DNA of 60,134 nt, filler included, from Porpidia crustulata (taxonomy: Eukaryota), in NCBI GenBank assembly GCA_964255105.1. It is 11 parts of 11 records of this genome, joined end to end, with 100 filler letters (N's around TTAATTAATTAA, not from the genome) between each part and the next. Parts side by side here need not be neighbours in the genome. Positions count along the whole stretch, not along the records: positions 21,966 to 27,350 come from CAXUWE010001830.1; positions 27,451 to 32,830 come from CAXUWE010001831.1; positions 32,931 to 38,304 come from CAXUWE010001832.1; 8 more parts are not named here. One strand, 5' to 3'. Shown piece by piece: positions 25,801 to 35,378 of this stretch. The notes beneath the pieces are model-generated. The model was not told where the DNA came from, searched no databases, and saw only the letters and a list, made by a program, of their open reading frames with translations. A program made the translations under genes and the position numbers. Position 1 is the first letter of the stretch; each line of letters starts with the position of its first letter.

Positions 25801-27075
25801 CAGCCATAGACGAATCACGGAGTTTCCAGTTCGCCGTTGAGAATGCCGGATCAGCATTGTTACCTTCTTCTTCCAGGAAAGTTAAAGAAGCATATGCTGG
25901 CGGATTTCCGATGCTGACTAGAGGGGTTGGAGCTGATTTGTTTGCGCATTTGACTAGTTCCTCGATTTCATCCATGACAAACCTATAATGTTCATCCTCG
26001 ATCGCAAATTTACATATAGTCGAATGATCAGCATTAATGCATGGGACCCTCATCTCCACATTAGGGTCGAAACCAAGAACAGCGGACGATTTTTCGACAA
26101 CCTGCAGACAGTTAGACAATTACCGTCTCAAGAAATCAAGTGGCTTACCAGATTGTTGAACAGGGGCAAAGGCCGGCATTCGTAGAAAGTGCAAATGTGG
26201 TAATTGTTCTGCCCATCTACAAAGTCATTATGAATGTCCGGCCATATGTGAGAATCTTTGCGCAGAGCTTCCATGATACCGGTCCGAGGGTTCAAACCAA
26301 GGCGCCTGATTAAATCCTGCAGCTGCTTGTCCGATTTCAGCACCAGACCCTCCTCGGTGTGGTGTGGCGAAGAATGCGAAGCTTTTGGCTGCTTGATGTA
26401 TGGGTGAATATCTTGGAATACGGCCAGCTTTCACAACTGCCTAATTAGGTCCTTAGTTTCACAAAACCAATCTCAAGGCAATCTAGAAGCTAGACGTCTT
26501 ACTCGTTTCACAACAAGCCCCCCTAGACTATGACAGAGAAAGACCAGTGGACGGTCTGGGGCATCCTATGGCTCAAGAAAGCAGCTATCAACCTCCCATT
26601 CTCTCGCAAAATGTAGGAACATCGCGAACCTGCCGCTTAGCCCAAAGTTTGTGTAGCAGATCCTCGGCGATATCGCCCACTCCAGTCTTGCTTGTATGAA
26701 AGGCCACGTTGGAGTTGTAGGCATAGAGAAGGACCCGGACCTGAGGAAGACGGTGAGGTAAGAAGTCCTTCAGCCAAAGCCTTTCTTCTCCCTTTTCACC
26801 CCCAGTCCATGTTCGTACGGCAAATGCCGTCGAATTGGTGACATTCAAACCATGAACAGCGACGAGACTGAAAGCTAATTAGCAGTATTCTAGCTGCAGC
26901 GAGAGTAGGCAAGTAACCCTGAGGTGACTTACTCAACCTCGGCCTGCTTCGGCACGGTCAGATCACGGAGATATGAGTCGCTGGAGTCCTCTAAGAGTTC
27001 TTGTGTCGAAGGCAGGCCATCGTTCCTACGCTTGGACGGTGCGTCACGACGAACAAGGCTTGCGATGTTCATCAT
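22829..27075 (-). pseudogene. Fungal NLR: SesB/PGAP1-like alpha/beta-hydrolase + NB-ARC + TPR; frameshifted as assembled
   Basis: Hydrolase motifs VDLVAVHGLN, LWLKDFLP, CHSLGGLVVK, FFATPHRG and ADHSTICKF. NB-ARC motifs FVGR, GLGGIGKS, WLMIVD, YLPLAL and MHRLVQ. LGxxHPxTL TPR repeats. Four introns, plus one extra base near 26311. The domain call is firm; pseudogene status is not. Confidence 0.8.
22949..23104. mobile_element. Solo-LTR-like element, copy 2 (156 bp), with 5-bp TSD, inserted in the NLR 3' end
   Basis: Starts TGCTACG and ends CCTGACA. Flanked by CTCTC at 22944-22948 and 23105-23109. Confidence 0.8.
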
Positions 27076-27578
27076 GCCTAGTGGGATATATAGACGTAAG
27101 CTATAGCGCGAGCCATGATACCGTTGCCATGAAGTAGCAGGCTTACTCTCTAGAACAGTAATACATAGTACAGTACATACTCCCTTGAGGCACCCACCTG
27201 AGCACCCAACCCAATGGGAGTCGACTTTCGCCGGGCCCTGTTGTGTGGCACCCCTCATCCTCAAGCCCCTGCCCTTCCGCTACATACTCGTTTCCACCCC
27301 CCAACGGTCCGCACCCCCCAACGATCCGCGCTAAGCCCTAGAGTTAGAATNNNNNNNNNNNNNNNNNNNNNNNNNNNNNNNNNNNNNNNNNNNNTTAATT
27401 AATTAANNNNNNNNNNNNNNNNNNNNNNNNNNNNNNNNNNNNNNNNNNNNGTGTGAAGGGGTGTAGGATAAGGGAGGTATTCTAATGAAAAGGAACGTGG
27501 GAGAAGGAGAAGCGGAGTAATGACGGGCATGGATTCAGGGTGTGCAGGGTTCATGGCTGATCGTTACGGTGTCTACAG

Positions 27579-27655
27579 TAATAACGGATCCCGATGATTC
27601 GAAATTCGACCTGGAAGCATACCTGACGATGCAAATGGCGGACGAGGCGAAATGA
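27579..27655 (+). CDS. TIM11: Last exon of mitochondrial ATP synthase subunit e (5' part missing)
   Basis: After branch point GCTGAT and acceptor CTACAG the exon reads VITDPDDSKFDLEAYLTMQMADEAK*, matching the recalled Pezizomycotina subunit e C-terminus (VITDPED.RFDLEAFL). Confidence 0.75.
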
Positions 27656-29923
27656 TTCCAAAAAGAAATGGCCTAGAGGGATGGTAGGGGAAGTTCACTG
27701 CGAAGGAAAAGAATGTTATAAGCATCTTGCGCGTTTGCAGATCAGGAGGGTTAGTGGCAGGATATTGGTTGTATTCTACATGTGTAAATGTCTGTATAGT
27801 ACTGGTGACATGATCGACTTGCTATGCGTGGACCCAAAAGATAGATTTCGAGTATTGGTGCACTCTACTATGTTTGGTCGCCTTCTTCCTTACTGTTACA
27901 GCGGCCTTTGCTTTCTTTGCGGATTGATATTTAGACTTAGTGATTCTCAGCGAGCAACTGCAACAGACGAAAGGACAAAAGGGGCGACAAATCACCAACG
28001 ACCCAGACACGCAAACTTGGTAAAGCTCCAATTCATTGCCAATGGTCACGTACTAAGATTAATATCTCCTTTCTCACGCCCAGAATATAGGTGTAGTCAG
28101 TACATTGCCGGACCATTGCCTGACCAGCCGATTCATCTGGTGTCACTCAGCCATGAAGGCAGGAAAGCAAGATCCCCGGGAATCGGTGGCCTAGCCAATC
28201 TTCCCTTTGTATTTGCGTGGGAGATAGGCACGGTGCGAGTTGGTTTTGGTTCTTCTCCATCTCATTTCCTGCAAGCTTATGATTTTAGTCTTGCGAGGAA
28301 GATCTTGGGACGCCTTTGATAAGGTTTGGCTACACGTCTGCCTTTACTTTCTTGTATTTCTTTCCACCGATTCACGATACTCTCTCACGCGCCTCCTTGC
28401 CTCCAAAAGTCAGTGGATCTTGCTGATCATTACGTGCGCCGCGATTTCATAGCCCCATACTTTCATATTCGTGGGAGATTCATTTAGCTTCGTGGTGTTC
28501 GGATCTCCCAAATTTGATTGAATAAAAGGTCGTCCCTCGAAAGAGACTGGTAAAAACTGTAGGGCATTAGAAATTGTAGCCAGGATCCAACTTGCTGCAT
28601 CGCTGATTCTATGAGGGAAAGTGATATTTCTGGTTTTTCCTTAGAGTTCCTGGTGAAATCTGACATGGTTTTTCTTCGACAGGCTATAGGAGTGATATGG
28701 ATAGTAATTGAGGCTTCAAATTCAAGCTATCGACCCAGGAAATGGGATTGCCGATCGAAGCGCGGTATCGTTTGATTCCAGTGCGGAGGGCACGGCCTAT
28801 TGACGAAGTCGCAAAATCCGTAACTACTTTGGTCCCCGAGCGTAGATTGACATTGACAGCTATCATGAAGACTCATACGGCTTATCTGTAGGTTCACTCA
28901 GTTCGAAGCCTATCCGCCATGAAACGAAGAATCTATGGCTGCTGATGCTTGTGCTCATTTATAATTTCGTTACGTTCATCTCAATCATTCGCGCGCCTAG
29001 GGCGCAAGTAGTAAGCCTAGCAGCCCGCACATCTCTCGTGCGCTGCAGCTGTCAAACTTTTTATTTGCGGATAAGGCGCCGTTGAAGCTGGGATGGGATT
29101 TTTGGAGATAGCCGTTGTGGTTGCATTTTGCGTTGCAGATGCCGGCAATTTGGCTTGTGCCGATTTGACAGTCGCGTCTGTGTGAGCTGAAACATGGTCG
29201 ATTTGTTGTGTCGCTTCAGTCTCAATTTCTTGGCAATGAAAATCCTGGAGAGTCATTGTCAGGGTGAAGATTTGGCTTCCTGATGCCATCTGAACTTAAA
29301 AAAGTTCCTAGACGTCCCTTGAGCGAACTCCCAGGATAATTGTAGCTGAAAACCGTTGGTTTTAATTTGCGTAACATGCATCGCTTGTGGCTAAACGACG
29401 TGAGAATCTGCGAGCAGCTATGGACAACGGATTCGGAAGAATTGGAAATTGGAGATGCCTTTTGATTGCCCAAGGACGCAGACGATTGCCTCTGGCGTCA
29501 ATGTACCGAAGTGATATATGCAGCAAATGGAAACGCATGTCAACTGAGCTTTTGGCTGTCGGAGGACCCATTGATGATGAATAAGAATAGCCACCAAGCT
29601 AATGCCGTAGCCCACGCTGCTAAGATATTATACATCGGAGTGATAGAGCGGCCACTATTCCGGTTTTTGGTTGCAGCAATCCTGAGCTTTCGATATGCAG
29701 CCTGTGGCTGAAGACCAGTGTGTTTTGGTCGTCTATATCGAGACAAGTCAAATCTTTTCTGATGCGAGATTTGCTGCTTCAGGTTATGCGGGAATGCAAG
29801 CTCTGCGGTAATACTGCACGGCCCACATGACATTAATGGACGCGCCTATCTGGTATAAGTATCATTGTATAGTCCTCGAGAGCGAGGAGCTTTTTCCGAA
29901 TGGAATGATTAGATCATACCGAC

Positions 29924-30496
29924 ATGTGTAATATCTTCAAAAGGATTGTGGCTATCGCCCTCTTCATTCAACGCAGCTTGCAGATCAACATTGCCTTCTC
30001 GAATCCTCTGTCAAAGTTCGATTATGTTCAGCAATTCTGCACTGATATTCCCCTGCATATTTGCTGCGTGCCCATGGATGTCATGGTTCCAGAGAAGGGT
30101 CACGGTTGGTTCAGTGCTGAGCGGATTGTCATTAGCGGCATCCCTAGAAGACACATGTTCGCATCTGCATGGAAATATCAGAAAGGAACTCGACAGACTG
30201 CGTGCAACGGTGTTATGGCTGGAGGTAGGAGAACCGAGGGTGACGAAAAATGGAGCTATTATTACGTGCCTTCGCAAGATTGGCCGGGCCTCAGTGGCGG
30301 ATGGATTGTGGAATGGGGATCAGGCCCGGTCGAAAACGACACATTGACAACCGCACCTCGAGGCGTTGCTTTCCCTGATATCATCAAGTATCTTGGGGAC
30401 AATTATACGGACGGCGGGCGTGGAAATGGTGTTTACCGCAACCCTTACGGCGGGATACTCCGCGCAATTCCTCTCTGGCGTGAGTGTCACTTCTAA
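29924..30496 (+). CDS. Putative small secreted protein (190 aa)
   Basis: Hydrophobic N-terminus, C-x7-CC motif (CTDIPLHICC), later ACNG and FPDII..G..Y motifs. Intronless. Confidence 0.6.
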   Translation: MCNIFKRIVAIALFIQRSLQINIAFSNPLSKFDYVQQFCTDIPLHICCVPMDVMVPEKGHGWFSAERIVISGIPRRHMFASAWKYQKGTRQTACNGVMAGGRRTEGDEKWSYYYVPSQDWPGLSGGWIVEWGSGPVENDTLTTAPRGVAFPDIIKYLGDNYTDGGRGNGVYRNPYGGILRAIPLWRECHF

Positions 30497-31072
30497 ATCC
30501 TATTTTCCTCATGGTTTTTAACGCATGCTGTAGCTGTAACTGATTTTTCCGGATCACAGGCAAATTTAGTGCTGGATAATCCCTCTCATCTGGACGACAC
30601 CGTACAATAGTCCCTGAATTCTACTCCAGTCAAAGATATAGGTTTTGCTCGAGGCCAAACTGCTTATCAGGCGAAATTCTGCGCGGGCTCTTTACAAATT
30701 GCCTCCCGATCGGGATAATGTGTCTGCAGCCATGTGTTCGGGTGTTTCTGATGCGACATCGAGGATCACCGTTTCAGGTAGAATCATTGGCATTATGACC
30801 ATTCTGATCGAGTCCATGCAATTTCTTCGATCGCTTTGTTTCCAAGGACAGAAGAACGGGTCCGAATGTGGTTGGTGAAATGATAGATTCGATCCCGGGT
30901 CAGTAGGGGCATCGGTTTGGGCTCGCTGGGTTGAGAGTACATATTATAGGCTTCATATAGGTTTTCAAAACTGCCGCGCATTTTCAAACGTAGACGTAAT
31001 CTTCGAGATGCCATAATTCTTATTTAATCGCAGGCAAATTAGCAGGTGTGATTTCATATCAGTAGGCTGAGA

Positions 31073-32065
31073 TTATTTCTGAGCCCGCTTTCTCTCCCTT
31101 GCCATTCTCTCCTCGGTTAGCTTTCTGGCTTTCTCGTTAGGAAACCAATGCTGAGGATCATCGCGATTAATCACATCAAAGTATTCGTTTTGGATGCTGA
31201 GCAAGACCTTTTCGTATTTTGCCGCCGTATCTGGATCAGGCGTCACACTGAGCAATTCTTTAAGATCGCGGCAGATTTGCTTGGCGAGACGGGGCCAGTG
31301 ACACTCGGAGATGTATTGGCGGATGTGGTTGTGGAAGATGCGATTTCTCTCCGCCCATTCCTGGATGAGCCACTTCATGTGATTCGGGTCGATGCCGAGG
31401 ACACCGCAAGCAATATACACATGTTTTTGAAGGTCACCCATGTTGGCGCCAGCCAACTCATCCGCAATGGTCAGCCACGTCTTTGGCGGTCCGAGTTCCA
31501 CGGCTGCCTCTTTCAGATCAGGACCAGCGCCGGTTGCTGCTGCCTTTAAGTTCGCTCGAATATCCTGCAACTCTTGTCCAAGATAATCACCATAGTTCGC
31601 TAGGAGCTCTAATCGTCGAAGCTTTATGTAGAGCATGAGTTTTTCATGCTCATCTGATGAGCGTGCCTTGAAATAGAAAGAACCAGAGTAGTAAACTTGA
31701 TCCATCGCTTGCACTACTGCACGAGGAGTTTCCGCTTGGGCCTCATCAGCTAAGGCAGCCTTGTACGCGTCTTTGTGGAGTTTCAAAAATTCTTGGGTCC
31801 GAGGAGTTATTTTCCGCTTTTCCGCCCCATTGATGTATCTCAGCCCCTTCTGGAGGCGCTCAAGATCGTACTTGTCCAGGTCGGTCTCGGGCTTAGGAGG
31901 TTCTTCGACAGCCTGTTCATCGTCTCCTGGTGGTAAGAGAGCTCTGGTATCTGCTCTCGCACGCTTCTTCGGCCGTCCTTCGCTGTCAGAACCATCTCGT
32001 TCTCTCACACGCTTCTTGATTTCTTCGCCGTGATCATCAGGAATGATATCAAGGTAAGGATCCAT
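31073..32065 (-). CDS. Hypothetical helical protein (330 aa) with NLS-like and RNxxxH motifs
   Basis: Intronless ATG ORF with natural composition. RPKKRAR and EWAERNRIFH. Confidence 0.75.
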   Translation of the reverse strand: MDPYLDIIPDDHGEEIKKRVRERDGSDSEGRPKKRARADTRALLPPGDDEQAVEEPPKPETDLDKYDLERLQKGLRYINGAEKRKITPRTQEFLKLHKDAYKAALADEAQAETPRAVVQAMDQVYYSGSFYFKARSSDEHEKLMLYIKLRRLELLANYGDYLGQELQDIRANLKAAATGAGPDLKEAAVELGPPKTWLTIADELAGANMGDLQKHVYIACGVLGIDPNHMKWLIQEWAERNRIFHNHIRQYISECHWPRLAKQICRDLKELLSVTPDPDTAAKYEKVLLSIQNEYFDVINRDDPQHWFPNEKARKLTEERMARERKRAQK

Positions 32066-32549
32066 GACCGGTGTTGAGAGTCGTCGAAGACTAATACGAC
32101 TGGAATGAAGGAGATGTTGACGAAAGACTTTGAGGGAGAAGGATGCAGGTTGACACGGTCGGATGAATTACTTCAGAAATTTATTACAACCTTGTAGTGA
32201 ACATTTACCCTTCCGTTGCACTACCTACCTAAGCCTCTTGAGCACGTGATTCTCGATATAGCTGGATTAGGTCTGGTTTCAATGGACGGTTTCTTCCGAT
32301 TGGCTATAGCCAGAGGCGGCAGTAACCGCGAAGCAAATCAAGCGTCCCGTTTGATTTGGGACTGTACTAATACGTAGTATCCGTTCACGAAAGCTGATTG
32401 TGCATGTGGCGCGGTCAGCGTGCAAAGTATAACAGTCGACCCGGGTCTCAGCTCGGCTAGGGTCGGAAAAACCTCGGCGGGGGTCAGAAGTCGTACCTCG
32501 GCACAAGGTGAACGCGGGTGCGCGGGTCCAAAAGAGCCGAAACCTCATC

Positions 32550-32830
32550 TAGGGTCAGAAACCACATACACAGCATATACACAGCATGTACGCAGCGTAT
32601 GCAGAACATACATAATAAATTAATTTAACATTAAATATGTAATTTTACTTCTAAAAATTAAAAAAATTAATTAGTTTTGTTAAACATTTAATGAAACGCA
32701 TGTTCAGCATATGCAGAATATACGTTTTATGTTACGATCAGACCTTCCCCAACATCCCCAGCAGCCCACCGGATCAAGTGGTGCCGAGCCTAATGAGGCC
32801 TAGCGTCGCTCTAGCATTGCCAATTTCCCA
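32550..32830. mobile_element. TE remnant: short subrepeats, AT-rich tract and an LTR-like start at 32730
   Basis: CATATACACAG-like repeats at 32565-32612 and an abrupt AT-rich tract. TGTTACGATC at 32730 resembles TGCTACGATC at 22391 and runs into the contig end. Confidence 0.45.
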
Positions 32831-33255
32831 NNNNNNNNNNNNNNNNNNNNNNNNNNNNNNNNNNNNNNNNNNNNTTAATTAATTAANNNNNNNNNNNNNN
32901 NNNNNNNNNNNNNNNNNNNNNNNNNNNNNNCAGATGGGTAGCGACTGTGTATTTTTTGAGGGGGAGGCGCGACGCAAGCAGAACAAAAAGAATCCATCGC
33001 CGTAAAGACAATTTCCCTGCTCTATCTCGCATGATCAGAGATAGATACACATGTTAGGGTATTGACACGGAGTATTAATCTATAATCAGAAACATCTATA
33101 TTGAAGCGAGATAAATTGTACATTTCGAAGGATTAGAGATAAAATGTCTAGTATACAGATAAATAACGACTGCTCCGTCTGTACGACTTCTCCGATGCCA
33201 GCAGAGCCTGCGTCGTGCCACCTGGACCTGCTGACGAGTGACCCTCTATGACACC

Positions 33256-33639
33256 CTAACAAGTAAACCCGCAGTCCATGTTCCGGGACCCGAGGTCGTA
33301 GTCGCCAGTCGTACACTGCGCGCTGTTGCTCAGCCAGCGTTGACCGGCATATTCGAAGTCGACGGGATTGTAGTCTCCGCTCCCGGCCCGCACGACGAGG
33401 ACGTACGGCAGCGCGCTGTCCATGTTCCCGGGGGTGACGGCGTGGTTGAGGCTGCCGATGACCTTGCCGGTGGGGTCCTTGAGAGTTGCGTCGAATTCGT
33501 AGTCGGCGCCGATGCCGTACTCGTTGCGCTGGTATTGGATGACGTGCAGGCCGCACCAGCCGGAGCGGGACTCAAGGGTTGGGGCGGCGATCGCCAGGGA
33601 TGTTGTGAGCAGGGCGATGATGGAGGAGGTGAAGAGCAT
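33256..33639 (-). CDS. Small secreted cysteine-containing protein (127 aa)
   Basis: Signal peptide MLFTSSIIALLTTSLAIA, propeptide ending LESR, 4 Cys, C-terminal CxxGxYDxGxRxxDCGFxC. Strong C-ending codon bias and TATATAA upstream (about 33808-33814). Confidence 0.85.
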   Translation of the reverse strand: MLFTSSIIALLTTSLAIAAPTLESRSGWCGLHVIQYQRNEYGIGADYEFDATLKDPTGKVIGSLNHAVTPGNMDSALPYVLVVRAGSGDYNPVDFEYAGQRWLSNSAQCTTGDYDLGSRNMDCGFTC

Positions 33640-35378
33640 GGTTGCTGGTCGTCGAAGAGAGGCTTGCGTTGGTGGGGAAGCTCGAGATGAGGGTTTGATT
33701 TGAATGATTGGGAAGGTGCTGGTGTGGTTTTTTTTTTGGACTTGGTCTGGGTGAATTGGGATTCGAGATGTGAGTTGACGCTGGGGGCAGAGGGAGACCG
33801 CTCCAACTTATATAGCTTTGCTAGAGAGTCCGAGATTGAGTTCGCCTTTGCTCCTGCTTGAAAGACACTACGTTTGACACCGGGGCACAGCAGAAACAAG
33901 CTCAGCTGGATATTTTCAGGACCTGCTATTCTGTGATCTTGAGACACAAAACCTTGTCAAAGCCCACCAAAGACATGATCTAGTATCCTTTGGGAGATCA
34001 GGGTGCCACAGCCATCAGAGTATAAATCGTGAACCAATCCTGCGACTTCAAGTCCATACGGCGATGGTACGAGCCGTGCCGGGATAATCTCAAAACAATG
34101 GGGCAGGCCTACTCAGACTAGTTTTTAATCTTCGGACACAAAAGATTGACTTTAAGCCGTTATTTTCGCTTCTGTGTCCGAAGATTAAAAGCTAAGGCAG
34201 CCTGAGTATAACGATTTGAAAAATCCGCGGCAATGTCAGTGTACGGAATATATTTAGCAGCTACCGTTATTGTCAAATACCCTGGCTTAGCCGGTAGTGT
34301 GCGGTATGAGAGCATATCGATGAATTGAAAAGAATACTGTGTTGGACAGATGATGATCGCAACAAGGAGGAAGTTATCTCCACATTTATCCAATTGTGGA
34401 TCATGTACGCGGAAGGATTTTTGCGGCTGAACGAAGATAGAAAGGAAATTACTGGCAGAACGAGGGAAGCAAAATATGTATAAGAAATAGTACCTGATCA
34501 AAAATGCAGGGTTTTCAAACCCTGCACTGAGGGAGTCCAAAAAATAGGATGCCTTAAATCTCCACCCAGCATGGTTGGTGGCTCTTTATGCACTTGTGTC
34601 ACGCATAGTCGTCCAGCATATTCAACATGCCATGGGAAAAAAACCCTCAAAACGAATGAAAATAAACATTGTGAATAATGGTGGTCATCGTCAAGAAACA
34701 TGTGGTTGAGGGTTGTTTGGAGGTCGCCTGAAAATCAGCTTTGGCATGTATATCCCTTCATCTGGCAAAACGAAGGGTATACCTATATAAGCATACATGA
34801 TATCTATATCGATTACTGTTCGAGCATCAATCTTGCCACGATAGGTATCGTGTATATCTATCTAGGTATGGTGGTGCCCGATAACCCTGGTGGCCCTTCG
34901 TTTGACAGACGAAGGGGTTACAGACGGTGTCGAGGGTCAGATAGGGAGGAGCGGTCGGTCGCTGAACGACCACTTTGCCGCATGATGCCCACTGCCAACC
35001 CGATTGAGAGGTGTGCTCTGTAACAATTGAGCTTGCTCAAATTACTGGTATGAGTTTGAGAGATCTTGATGCACGCATCAAATATGTCCGTGTCCAATGA
35101 TGATTTTTCTCAACTTATCGCTTGGCGCGGCACCAGCAGTAGAAAGGGACCAGACAGAGTTGATCAAGATATTAGGAGACAGAGCAGCTTGATAGAGTCG
35201 TAGCGATTTGCCTGCCAGGGAGACTTGTAGATATTTAATGCATAGTCGATGAGGCTGTAGTTTGTCAGTCGCGGACTCAATGCTCGGTGATAGCATGATA
35301 ACTCCGGGCGTGCAGTGATTGATTCACCTCGTCTATCCGATTTGTCGATTTAAGTCTTCCCAAACATCAAAACAGGCC

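Noticed and set aside
26300..26320. Programmed ribosomal frameshift in the NLR
   Set aside because: The needed shift is +1, and the GGATTTA heptamer is not phased for -1 slippage from the incoming frame. A simple indel is more likely.
27681..28319. 212-aa ORF
   Set aside because: Atypical composition, no motifs, and it lies just after the subunit e stop.
35097..35250. Box C motif ATGATGA as a possible C/D snoRNA
   Set aside because: No CTGA D box found at a suitable distance.
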